Below are positions 1-11,670 of a DNA stretch of 64,000 nucleotides, in pieces. Made by a program: the position numbers and the translations under genes. Source of the DNA: Phoronis australis (taxonomy: Eukaryota > Animalia > Phoronida). The notes under the pieces are model-generated. The model saw only the letters and a program-made list of their open reading frames with translations, was not told where the DNA came from and searched no databases. The stretch is taken from contig NMRA01000308.1 in the NCBI GenBank assembly GCA_002633005.1, forward strand, positions 438,305-502,304, written 5' to 3'. How positions within the stretch are numbered: the stretch's first letter is position 1; every line of letters starts with the position of its first letter.

Positions 1-70
1 CTTTGTGGGCACCAGGGACAATATAACCAATGCTAAAATTGCCCTCGAATTTCTCCTTAGCAATTTGAAG
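1..70 (+). CDS. FMR1: FMR1/FXR exon (end of KH2), 5'-truncated by window edge
   Basis: Frame from nt 2: FVGTRDNITNAKIALEFLLSNLK; donor GTTAGT at 71. Confidence 0.9.
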
Positions 71-3000
71 GTTAGTAGTCAAACGTGTCCTAGTACTTCT
101 CGGTGAGAAAATGGTCTAAATTGAAACTAATTAGATTATCTATGTGTTCAAGAATAGCAAGCGATTTTGCAGAATTTTGTGTGTATAAGGGAGGGCGCAA
201 ATACTGTGTACTAGCCTAGTAATGGAATTTCAGTGTAAGATACTGAGGAATGTTCTATAGACAAAAGGAAGATCTTGCAATACTGCAAGGTCACACCAGT
301 GAAAGACAAGTGTGCTCAAGAGCTTACTAGCCTGTCTTGGCAAAATGATGTGATTGGTCGGCGAGGTTGGAGCGTTCAATTCACCTTTTCCGTTCCAGAA
401 GCAAAAAGGTTTTGCCACTGATGTATTGAAGGTCTTTGGAACTCGAGCCTGATTCCTCATTCCAGTCAGAATTTTGTTACATGCCTTGCAGTGTTGATGT
501 ATTTTATGTTACTATAATTATTGTGTCTCTATGGAAACACTCTTCATCATGGAAGTATGAGGCACTAATTACTGTCAGTTATGTAAGTCCTGCAGGCTCT
601 CATTTATTATAATGTTTTCTTTAAAAGTGCTGAACGTTTTTGCATTTGTTTAAATGTCCAACATTTCATGTTGAGATGCAGTTAAGCGATTACTTTCATC
701 TTGAATCATTAATTGTCCAGGATGTTGAGGAGATGCGCAAAGAGAAGCATGAGATGGAAGAACAGTTGAGGACTGTATCAGGGTCACATGGGCCTTACTT
801 CCCACCACCTCGGGAAATGCGTGGGTAAGTATAGTGTAGAGAATGTGAAGAGAGTAACCAGACAAAGTATTGTTAACACTAAAAAGGATTAGTTAAGAAG
901 TATTATGGTGTCAAACTTCTTATCACAGAATAGCTGAGCCACCTTACTTTTAGATTTACAGTTCATTGCCATTCATCCCAGTCATGAGGTAAGGCTACTT
1001 AATGACAAATTCCTGTTCTGCCCAGTCGTGGTGACGGGGGGGGGGGGGGNGGGGGGGGGGGGGGTCATTTTGGCTGATTACTTTCAGCATGTACTTTTGC
1101 TATGGCTAGTTTGTGTCTTGACTGAGTCTGAATGTACTCGAGAGACTTGGTCTGTTGTATTCTTCCCTTCCATTATGTGAATGAATTGTGTGTTTCAACA
1201 ACTCCATGAATGCATAAATCTGATTATAGACAAATATGGACCTGCCTGGCACACAGTTAATCCCTGGACTGTAATACTGATAAATGGTACAGTTTGTCCG
1301 TGGCGATTATAATTTCTGTGGCAATTTCCAAATTGAAAACTAGCAATCATTCAATGTGGCACATCTTTGATTTCCTTAAAATCAGAAAATTGTCAATAAA
1401 TGACATTGAATTAATTTTAGATAAGTATGAAGGGGGCGTGTAGAGTCAAGCAAGCCTTGGACTATCCGAGTCCTGGCTAGACTTGCTATGTTAATGTGTT
1501 AAGTCATGGAGTTTGTTGAAGCCTACTTATTATTTGTAGCACTAAAACACTGCAGCAAAATGTATACAATGAGTTATTGAAATTTTACGCTCTGGTAGGA
1601 CTGGGGATCGGATGTTCACTTGGTGAACATTTAGACATAGGGCTAAGTGATCAACACGTCCAACTACGTTATTCAGAAACAATGCTAAGTGAACGAATAA
1701 TATTTTTAGGCCATGTTGGTTGAAAGATGTCATGACTTGAGAGCCAGCTTCCACCACCACACAAAGCTGACCACGGTTGTGGGTCCAGTCTAATATAAGC
1801 TGTTGTAAAGCAGACATACTTACAAATCAAGAGCATTCTGATGTTGCAAAATGCAGTGGCTGTTGCCTCACATAAAATGATTATAAAGACCTCATTCCGC
1901 TTTCACTGTCTCTATCTCCTTCAGTCTCACAACTACTGTTGACCATGAATTGTAGTAAGACTCTGTTCTTGTTCTCATGGTAATATAAGATGGCATGGAA
2001 AGTCAAGGTCAAGAACAACTTGGCTGGTAGACATTTGAGTACTTAAATTGAGGTTTTGTGTGAAACTCAGTCATTGCTAGGACTATGGGAATGCGCAGAA
2101 ACATCAAGAATAACAAAAATTAATTCAAGGAAGGCTTTTGCAATATTAACAGTAGAATGTACTGTAATGAAATGTATTATACGAATGTTCACAGTGGCAG
2201 CTATGATCCATACAGTATGGACGAGTTTCCCAACAGAGGGCGTGGTCGAGGGGGATGGTCAAGGCGTGGGCGGACGCATGGTTCCTCAGGTAAGTTTGTC
2301 TCTTTGTCTCCTTCAGATTACTTTCGAGCTATTGGTTGGTTATTAGTAAGCTTGCCTTTAAACTCTCAGGAAATTACAAAATTGTCCCACGCAACTTTTG
2401 TGGCATGTGTCATGAGAAGGATATGCAAGACTATAGAAAAATGGCTTAATTTGGATAACTTTGTAACTTGATATCCCTGACGTGGCTGATATCCCTGACA
2501 GCTGTCAGATACTATGCTTTACAAATTCCTCCCCAAAACGCTGTTAAGAATATTTTTTAAAATGTTCTGTTTTTAGAAATAGGTCTTTTATGATTTTCTT
2601 GCATAAATTGAATACCGAATCATAATTAATTTTCTAAATAAGCAGGCTTGTCTTTGAGGTCCTACATAGCTTTTAACCAGTTTCTTTCTCCTTTGTGCCG
2701 TGCCGTCTTGGGTTGTTTGATTGATTTCTGGGTGTTGTTTGTATAGTTAGTGTCAACTGATTGGTTTACAGTGGACAACCTAACTGATGACCACAGGCCA
2801 GTGAATGACTGGTCAGAGGCTGTAGAGGAGGGTGAAAGGCACTCGGGCTATCACACAGACAGTGCAATCAATCGTCGTGGCAGGGGGCGGGGCTATAGAG
2901 GTTACCGTGACCGCGGCTACTACTCTTGTAAGTGCATCAAGACTGGTTGAGAGTTGTGAAGAGAACTGGGAGTTTACTGTGTAGTTTATGCTCTTTTTAT

Positions 3001-6000
3001 GCGCCCACATTATATGTGGGTGCATGTTGCCGTCATCTCTGTCTGGGTGTCCAGTGTCCGCGCCTGCATCTTCTAAATCTCTTGCATGAACTTATATTGA
3101 AATATGGGAGGTGTGTTCCTATGGGGTTGACGACAAAAGGCGACAACTTTTGGACCGACCCGAATACCGCTGTGGCCCCTAGTGGCAATTTTAGCTTTAT
3201 ATTTTTGCCTCTGTATCTTCGAAGGTCCTCAACCGATTTTCATGAAATTTGACACATGGGCGTCTATTGAAGAGGTGACGCTGTCTTTCCGTTTTCGGAT
3301 GGATTTGAGGCATTTTGCGCCATCTAGTGGCCATTTTTACGATTTTCGAGTCTGTTTTTCGGCGTCTGCCCCTCTGTTAACCAAACCACTCTAAGAATGA
3401 TTGTAAAAATTGGCATATATGTTCTATCTATGAAGAAGATGGTTGACGATGATTTTGCGACTTTGACTTCTGTGGCGCCTCCTAGTGACAGTTTTGTTTG
3501 TTTTTGCACCCATGCCTGTATCTCCTAAACACTCTACAGTATCTTTGTTAAATTTAGCAAATGTATTTAGATTAAGTTGACAACGGACGATGAAGACTTA
3601 CGGACAGATCGGTCTACCAGTGTGCCCCCAAGTTGCAATTTAGTTTTTTACATTTACCTCTGTATCGTCAAAAGTCCTCAATGGATTTCCTTAAAATTTG
3701 ACGGAAAGGCATCTATTAGTGAGGTGATGCTAGCCGTTCATTTCGCGGATTGATTCAAGGTAATTTGTTCCACCTAGTGGCCATTTTTTTTGTTTTTTCG
3801 AGTCTGTTTTTGGCGTCCATTCCTCTGTCAACCAAACTACTTTAAGGATGATTGTAAAATTGGCATGTATGTTCTTACTATGAAGAAGACAATGATTTTC
3901 CGACGACTTTGACTACTGTGACGCCTCCTAGTGGCAGTTTTTTCGCCCATATCTGTAACTCCTAAGCCCTCTGCAAGATCTTTATTAAATTTAAAATGTT
4001 CATTTGTACGAGTTAACAATGGTCGGAAGACGAGGACTTTCAGACGGATCCGATGAACACTGCCCCCTAGTGGCAATCTCATTTTTTCCGTTTTCCTCTC
4101 TTTCTCTAAAATTCCTCAACGAATTTTCATGAAACTTGGTAAATAGCTTTCATTTAACGAAACGATGACATTTTCCAGTTTTCAGACAGATTCAACGTAT
4201 TTTGTGCCATCTAGTAGATATTCTCACTGTTTTCTAGTTTGTTTTTGGCATCCTCGCTCTGTCAACCAAGCCACTCTTAGGATGATTGTGAAAATTGGCT
4301 TATATGTTTTTAGTGTGAAGAGGACGGTTGACAATGATTTTCCGACTTCATTTACTGTGGCGCCTCCTAATGGCAGTTTTAGATTTTTGCGCCTTTAGCT
4401 GTATCTCCTAAGCCCTCTGCAAGATCTGTATTAAATTTTGCAAGTGTATTAAATGAAGTTGACAACCAAAGACGACAACTTTCAGACAAATTCGATGAAC
4501 GCTCTTCCCCCTAGTGGTAGTTACATTTTTTCCGTTTTCTGTTTCTATAAAGTTCCTTGAGACGGATTTTCAAGAAATGTGATAAATAGCTTTCTAATAA
4601 AAAATGGCGACTTCCCTTTTTTGATGGATTCGAAATATTTTGCACCATCTAGTGACCATTTTTATGACACAAACACCCCTAGAAGCGCACTGTTTGCAGT
4701 GCATTTGTGGGCGCATTTCAACGCTCCACGTTGCTCTTGTGTTAACTTTAGACTCTTTTGTACAAGATGACATCGTGAGTAACTGTTGAATTTGTGCAAA
4801 GGTTGTGCTTCACTTCTTTTTGTCAAGTCGTTATCATTTACTGACCTGTTTACCATTACGGATTGATAGTGATTTTTATGGAATTTGCACCTTTATTACT
4901 GTTTTACGGACAGCTTAGTTTTTTACGGCACTACTCCTGACTTTTTGTTTACCATTGTTTCCTTATGACGACTTATGGCTATAACTAGAGGCATTTGGTA
5001 AACTCCAGCTTGATCGACATCACTCATAAAAATCTGGTATGTTATGTCAGTGAATGAACCGATCAAAATGCAAGCTTTTCGATTTGACTGGGAGCGTAAG
5101 TCATTGTTTGCGTGGGTCGACATATTATGTTTTGATCTTGAAGGAAGACTTGAAGACTTGTTGTGAATTAAGTTATGAGTAAAAGGAGTTCTATGGATTC
5201 CACGCCGGGTGTGAAGAAAACTAGAGTTGGACAGCGTTACCCTCTCGAATACAAACAGATTTGGCCATATTTTGAGCTGTCATAAGGCCCTTTCCCATAC
5301 AGTTCAGTTAGCTACAATCGAAGCTTCGATGTTAAATTTGTTTAATTCCGGAGTTAAGCGTGAGTGTTCACACCAACTTCGGAATTATAATTCAGCGCAC
5401 TTATTGCAGGGCATCGCTAATATGACTCTCACTATTTCCAAATATGGATGGTGCACTACCAGTTCTGTGTGTTACTCAAAACTTTCAGTGATTTTTTATT
5501 TTTTGTTAAATAAAGAATCCATCAAACACGTGGACAAATTGTAACAGAATGCTTATACTGCCAAAATAACAAATGTTGCAACAAAATATTTACTAGTTAC
5601 CACCTGCTGTAGGCAAATGCAGTGAAACCTGCCGATAACTCTGATGGCATCGAAGTTAAGTGTTCTCATTAAACGCCGTCTATTCTTTGCTGTTCAATCC
5701 ACCTCTTAAATTCAGAGTTAACTAGTTCTGTTAACTTTGATAAAAGACCGATGATAAATGTTCCCACTGACCAAAGCTTCGGTGGCAGTGGTAAAGGTTT
5801 TTAAAAACGGAAACTTTTTTGTGTATTGTAGATATTTATTAAATACTTAACACTGTTTTGTTAGATGTGTGAAATTGATCGTTGGGTATTCAGTGTGATA
5901 ATGCAGTCACGCAAAATTGCCGAAAAAAAAAATTACTGACAAAATGCTTGTGCACTACCATAGGCGTGTTGAATGGGTAAACAGGTCGGGATATATTCCA

Positions 6001-9000
6001 CACGGCCTGCTTGATTCTATCGTATGTATATTAATAGCATCTTAAGCTAGCTTTGAAGAGATTTAGTTTGCATCAACACACATTTATTGAGCTGAAGCTG
6101 AACCCCTGTTTTAACCCTGATAACAATTACCTTTATCATTTGATTATTTGGCTTAGTATGTTTTCTCGACAGCTGGACGTGGGAGGGGACAGTCTGAGAG
6201 ACGTGTACATGTGAATGAAGCGGAACACATCCAAATCACATGTAACTATTGTGCTTATCATTCAGCTCTTTCCATTTTAAAAAGACAATTTTCGTGTCGG
6301 ATTTTTTCGTACCCAAATTTCCACCATAAATTTTGCTTTAAAAGTTTTTCTTTGCATTTTAGCCTTTTATTGAATCGTGCGCAGAAATGTCTGTACTAAT
6401 GCTTAATAGTCCTTTGATATATTCAAGGAGTATTTTCTTTACTTGTTGAAAGAATGGGCAGAAATGTCTGAAATCCTCTAGTGCACTCATTTCTATGCAT
6501 TCTTCTGCAGTGGAGGTTGTATAGACATGTCTGCACTCGATACTTCAAAAGACTGACTTAAAGGCAAAATGATAAAATTTTAGGTGCACAAAAAATCTGA
6601 AGCGTTTCTGGCACAAAATTGAAATCAATGCAAATTCCCTTTTTAAAATGGAAATGCTAGTTGTTTTTTGCTATCAGTTTTATGGGTTTACGGTTCTGTA
6701 ACATGATTTAAAATCACTCTGCGGTCTGTTAGCCAGCTAGGCATGTAGTGACAACCCTTCACTATTGGCTTATAGTAACTGCAGTACAGGTCACTAATTT
6801 TTGTAGAACCAGCTAGAAACAAATTGTCTTTGGTCAGTCGTAAAATTAGAGCAAGTACAGTGCTGACTTCAGTACTGACTCTTGTCAAACTATTGGCTGC
6901 TGACAAGCCATTTGCAGTCCCAGTTTCATATCGGTCGACTTCTTATTGTTACTCAGATTGCCTGTCCATGATTCCATTTTCATTTGAGTCAAGTAGAATA
7001 GTCAAGGTGAAAAAAATTAGTGATTGACTTGCCCAAAACAACATAAATGGTTCAATACAAGAAACTAATTTTTTTACTTAGTTGTGTTGTTGAACACTGA
7101 ACATTTGTCAAAACTGTATGCGTTTCCATTGCACAAGATGGTGTGTTCTTTTTGACTTACTGCATTTATTTTTAATGTCATCCAGTAAATACATTTATTG
7201 CTACCTGGACCATTTTTCGTCGAACACTGTTGTTCATTGGCCCTGTAATCAGTTTGCATGTACGCGTTCACTCACCTTTGCAGCCTCATGACTTGGCCAG
7301 CTTAAATGCACTGAAATCTCATGTTATGGACAACCTAAAAAAAACTGGTTTTTCAATATATTTTCCCTGAACTCCCAGGCTGGCTCTAGGCTGGATGTAT
7401 TCTGCATGGGATATTACTAAACACAAACTGAGAGCAATCACGCTTGCGGCTGTCTTCACATCACCTAAAGTTAGAATCTGGTAGATGGGCAAGAGTCCCA
7501 AGGGACCAGAGAATGTGCCAATGTGGAGAAATTCAGACAGAAGATTGTGTATTACTTTTTTATTCACCAGTGTTCTGTGAATCTGTTTACATGTATGTTA
7601 GCGTGTTCGTAAAAATCCTTGTTAGGCCTGTTTATCAATTGTTTTTTACAGTCCTAAGTAAGTTGTTAACCTGAGGATAAGATCAGTGTGGTCAATACAG
7701 TAACAACAGCACTGTCCGAAAATTTCTTAAAGCAAATAATGATCTAGTAATTGGCCCCTGAGGACAATCCGTGTGATCCCAATTGGTCATCAAGTCTTGG
7801 TGACTTGATATCCGCCCCAGGTGATGGCCACAGTGATGGCTGGTATAGCGACTCCATGCAAACCATTGCTTGTCTCCAGTCAGAGTTGGCTATATGACCT
7901 GTTGATGACTCATCGCCTACAAAAATTTGTGACCTTTGCTGTATGTGGTAGTGCTCTTGTCCAATTTGGAAGTCAAACCAATATCAATCATTACTTATGC
8001 ATGAGCTAAGACCGCCTCCTGCCCTTTACACTAGGTGGCTACTGTCTCAATAATGACAAACTGATTTACTTAAGCATGTGTGAACCATTGTTCTTAACAT
8101 CAATCACCAGGTGGAGCATGTTAGGATAGTACCTGCATAACCATTTATTTGTTGCTATCCACTGATCCATCAACTAACAGCTAAAGTTTGGTTGCAGTGT
8201 TTCTTATAAATGTAGATAGGAGAAAATGATGGATCTGTTGAAATACCTTTTCATAACTTGGTCATTCGGCTGGGGATTAGCAGATAGTAACCTTAAATTT
8301 TTGCCTTGTGCTGCTTTCCAAAAGTCGTTATTTTCTCATCATTCAAACCATAGGCCAACAGAGGTTTGTCTGATTCTGTCAATAATTTGTATTGTCAGCT
8401 GAAAAAGTGTAGTACTATTGTCGTTTATTACTGCAGTGAGAAGAGACCAGGGTCGTCGCCGTAGGAATGATGATGAAGGTACCATATTTGACACTCACGA
8501 GGTATCGGATGTCACCAGCCAGGATCAAGGTATGGGCTTATCTCCTTATTGAATTTGATTTCCCTTTTTTGTTGCTCAAAATGGAGCTTTCAACCACAAC
8601 AAGGTCTGCTTTGCAAATTGGACGAAAACTATCTTTGAACTCAAAACTGGTTGTACTGGCTAGTAGTTCAAACTTCCTTCCCGGTGCCTGGTCTATTAGT
8701 TTATTGCATCTAACACCAGTAACACTGATTTATTCATTATTGGCTTCTCAAAACATTTGCACTCACGAACACTCCAAAGGCATCACAGATTGTATTTAAT
8801 GTGACAGACATTATTTCAGCTTTTTTGAAGCATTGTTTACTGTGAGAATAATTTGTTAGACGAGTGCTCATCCGATAAAGATTTCACAGGTAGATCGTTA
8901 GGTTTCACAGGCTATCAGTTCGAACCGGAGCACACTGATCCAGAAATACTACAAAGGCGCCGTGAAAATGCACAGACAACGGAACATATGGATAATTTCG

Positions 9001-11670
9001 AAAACCGTTTGAATGACTTGTCATGGTGTCAGTATGCTAACTGTACGATAATGGAAATGACTGACGCTTCTGTTGGCTGCCATGAAATTCCGCAAGTGAA
9101 ACACCTTCTTGGAGAAGCACAGAAGTGTCTCACAGACCATCCTGATTTTGCACCGCATCTCAGTGAACCGAGGTCTGCTTACGAAATTTTTGGGGCTGGG
9201 AAAAAGAAGTGGTGAAAATGTTCAGAGGACCAATCAGAAGCCTGACAAACGAGTCAGTCATCAAACAAGTTATATAAAACGTTATGTTCTCATGCCTTGA
9301 ATTAATTGTAACTATTTATGTGTCTATGGCCATCTACAGTTCTCCATAATCAAAAACTGATCAACAACCAATCCGCGTTCCTTTGGCCTCCTGCCTGCCG
9401 AACGCAAACACACTAGGCACAACATGTGACTTCAGCCACAGTCTCTTTTTCTGCCCTGGCATGAGCTGTGTAGTAAGCCAGCATTCCATAGTCAGTCAAA
9501 TCTTTGTCGACGAAATGCTGGCCAGACACGGAGAAGTTTCACGGCCTCATACTCGATATTAACGGCGTGCTTTTCATTTTTCACTACCACAAGCCACTTC
9601 CGAAGCATTATGGGCTCACGAGGAAATCAAAAAAACAATATACCCGCTTTCCTCGCAGCTTCGTAGTTCGCACAAGCGGGAATGATACACCACACCATAG
9701 CGACACTCACTCTACTGAAGAACCACTGATATTTATTGAACTGATGCTAAACAATGAAAGTCTATTGCAGACTAACAACATCACAATTTTGAGACATGTG
9801 GTTGTGTTAAGTATGAATGCAGAAGTCAGAAGAAAATTATTGTGACGTAGCTGGTTTACATGTGTGGAAGGATTTGTTATATTGACTTCTTTCAGTGTAA
9901 ACTTCGCCATCGGAGTGGGAGCCAGAGGCTGGTTTACATGAATACATATACATAGACGCATACATACATACATTACATACATACATTCATTACATACATA
10001 CGTACATTACATACATACGTACATTACATACATACGTACATTACATGCATACGTACATTACATACGTACGTACATTACATACATACGTACATTACATACA
10101 TACGTACATTACATACATACGTACATTGCATAAATACATGCTGTACATACATATATCACTATAATTTGACAGTAATCTTTCTCGTATTTCATTGAAGACG
10201 CGACTTTGATCTGGTTTTACTAGTTTAATTTCAGTTCTTTCCAAATCTCTAAATAGAGATCTTGTCTTTACATCACAACAGTGTAATAAAAATCCAAACG
10301 ACATTATCAGTAGGTAACATAATTTAAAAAGCGATATTTCGAAACACATTTCTCATCTTCTGGCTACTATTTACAACTAGTTCACAGTGAAACGCACACC
10401 AGAAACGACAAATGCAATATAACACGTGAAGTTGGCATGCACAACTATGACGATAAAAACACCCATATATAAATATACATACGTTGCTGTGCAACATAAT
10501 GTACAAATCACCTAAATAATGATAGTTTCCTTCGAGTTCCAGTTAGCTGCTCATTCAAACTGGGTTTTTCAAACATTATTAAAAGTGACTGTAATGTGTT
10601 CATAACCTGTGTACATCATTTTCAATGTGTCTAATGACTATTGTCAACAACAGTCTCCTGTCTTTGAGTTATCTTAAGCCGTTTTGTAAATGCATTGAAA
10701 GTCGTTGTGACAAGGAACACACTGTGTATTACACTGTGTATTACACTGTGTATTACACTGTGTATTACACTGTGTATTACACTGTGTATTACACTGCCAC
10801 TTTCACACGCACGCACAACTAGTTCTTTGTATAATAATAATCAATTACGCACCACAAGTTGGTAAATAGTGTTTTTGAGGTGTACATTTTATTGTTCTAG
10901 AGAGCGTTTCTTCATTTGATGGAGGACAGAATGACAACCAAAGTGCACGCCGCCGGCGAAAGCGCACCAAGAACCGCCAGTATGGCGCAGGTATGAATGG
11001 CCCCACTTCAGGCACAGAGACGGATACAAGTGTGTCAAACAACCGAGGTCGTACACGTGATCCCGTCAATAGCAGTATCAATGACTCAAGTGAGCCTGTA
11101 CAAGACCAGACTGCCTCAAGTGCCAGCGCCAGTGGGGCTTCCCTCCAGGAAGGAAGTAAGCGACAGTATGGGAAACCGCCCAGGAACAGAGGTGGAGATC
11201 GGAATCAGAGAGGGGCCCGGCAGTACAATCCTGGAATTGGAGTGGGGAAAAGCAGTGCAGCACAAAAATCAAAAACTGAGAAGCCACAACAGACCAGCCA
11301 AAGTGGCGAGTCACAGGATGGAGCAAAGGGTGCCAAGGAGAGTGTAAACAAGTCTAAGGGAACAAACAAGGCCCCGGCCACTGGAGGCACCGGAGGGTCA
11401 CAAGTTGACTCTAATAGTGCAGGTGGCGAGAACTTGACAAAGTCTGATCCGTCTAAACCAGTTGAGGCAACAAAACACAATGGGGAAGTGGGTACAAAAG
11501 GTTCTGTAAAGTCAGAGATCAGTACACCAAGAAATGCTGCAAGAAAGCAGCGGGAGCCTCGTGCCTCTCGCGGTGCTCACAGCGGCAGTGAATCGGACAA
11601 GACGGGCAAGGTGCCTACTGGCAAGGAGTCAGTGTCAGCCAAGAGTGCAGAGATGGTGAACGGGGAATAG
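1..11670 (+). CDS. FMR1: Fragile X messenger ribonucleoprotein family (FMR1/FXR1 homologue), 3' part; spliced CDS join(<1..70,721..824,~2195..2289,~2751..2927,[6173..6202?],8437..8529,10901..11670)
   Basis: Translates as FVGTRDNITNAKIALEFLLSNLK|DVEEMRKEKHEMEEQLR, matching the FMRP KH2 end/NES helix (FVGTKDSIANA...YLK EVDQLRLERLQIDEQLR). Then RG-rich exons, RRRRNDDEGTIFD (FXR-like) and a low-complexity tail. GT-AG sites and phases are consistent. Confidence 0.9.
721..824 (+). CDS. FMR1: FMR1/FXR exon (NES helix)
   Basis: CAG acceptor 718-720; DVEEMRKEKHEMEEQLRTVSGSHGPYFPPPREMRG; donor GTAAGT at 825. Confidence 0.9.
2195..2289 (+). CDS. FMR1: FMR1/FXR exon (RG-rich); 5' boundary ambiguous (2153/2156/2195/2201 all in frame)
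   Basis: GSYDPYSMDEFPNRGRGRGGWSRRGRTHGSS; donor GTAAGT at 2290; phase fits flanking exons. Confidence 0.8.
2751..2927 (+). CDS. FMR1: FMR1/FXR exon (RG box); alternative in-frame start at 2772
   Basis: ...VNDWSEAVEEGERHSGYHTDSAINRRGRGRGYRGYRDRGYYS; donor GTAAGT at 2928. Confidence 0.82.
2994..4740 (+). mobile_element. Non-autonomous Helentron-type element (HINE/DINE-1-like) with internal ~440-bp higher-order tandem array, copy 1
   Basis: 5' T-run + hairpin ATGCGCCCACAT/ATGTGGGTGCAT, GTCC/GTCT-rich tract, tandem core, 3' subTIR TGTGGGCGCAT, stem-loop CAACG-CTCCA-CGTTG, end CTCTTGT. Confidence 0.8.
6173..6202 (+). CDS. FMR1: Candidate 30-nt FMR1 micro-exon (SGRGRGQSER)
   Basis: Good acceptor TTTTCTCGACAG, RG-rich in-frame peptide, phase 1-1; donor GTGTAC is weak. 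Confidence 0.4.
6280..6660. repeat. Dispersed repeat; inverted homologue at ~21800-22045
   Basis: Shared TTTCCATTTTAAAAAGGGAATTT...GCACC...ATCATTTTG block in opposite orientation. Confidence 0.5.
7330..7575 (+). mobile_element. 3' fragment of a non-LTR retrotransposon ORF2 (C-terminal Zn-knuckle region)
   Basis: TRLRLSSHHLKLESGRWARVPRDQRMCQCGEIQTEDCVLL matches the RxSxHxLxIExGR..R.C.C...E.E motif of LINE ORF2 C-termini. Confidence 0.7.
8437..8529 (+). CDS. FMR1: FMR1/FXR exon
   Basis: CTGCAG acceptor; RRDQGRRRRNDDEGTIFDTHEVSDVTSQDQ; donor GTATGG at 8530. Confidence 0.85.
8853..9698. mobile_element. Decayed Kolobok-type transposon: P2RX7-C-terminal-like (Cys-rich) ORF on + convergent with THAP-domain ORF on -
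   Basis: +: GYQFEPE...RLNDLSWCQYANC.IM....SVGCHEI...CLTDHPDF. - from ATG 9698: MVWCIIPACAN...FF*FPREPIMLRKWL...HF...LKSHVVPSVF. Both disrupted. Confidence 0.65.
9940..10570 (-). mobile_element. Penelope-like retroelement pseudo-LTR remnant
   Basis: GIY-YIG-type C-terminus KPSLNEQLTGTRRKLSLFR* (10567-10508), minimal hammerhead-like motif, then ORF start MSFGFLL...LFRDLERTEIKL...FNE...LLSNYSDI (10304-~10153) running into a (TACA)n microsatellite. Confidence 0.65.
10330..10365 (-). ncRNA. Minimal type I hammerhead-ribozyme-like motif (core position U4 mutated)
   Basis: Minus strand: AGC CAGAAGA U GAGA-AAUGUG-UUUC GAAA UA UC GCU, in the expected Penelope pLTR position. Confidence 0.45.
10719..10796. 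repeat. 12-bp tandem repeat (ACACTGTGTATT) x ~6.5
   Basis: Direct inspection. Confidence 0.9.
10901..11670 (+). CDS. FMR1: FMR1/FXR last coding exon (basic NLS-like RRRRKRTK, low-complexity tail)
   Basis: TTCTAG acceptor; ESVSSFDGGQNDNQSARRRRKRTKNRQ continues into ORF 10993..11670; TAG stop. Confidence 0.88.

Noticed and set aside
1036-1064. Poly-G run as a G-quadruplex element
   Set aside because: Contains an N at 1050; length unreliable, probably a contig join in a homopolymer
7680-8400. Possible hAT transposase relic (minus-strand MLHLVI-like word)
   Set aside because: One weak motif, no continuous frame or TIRs
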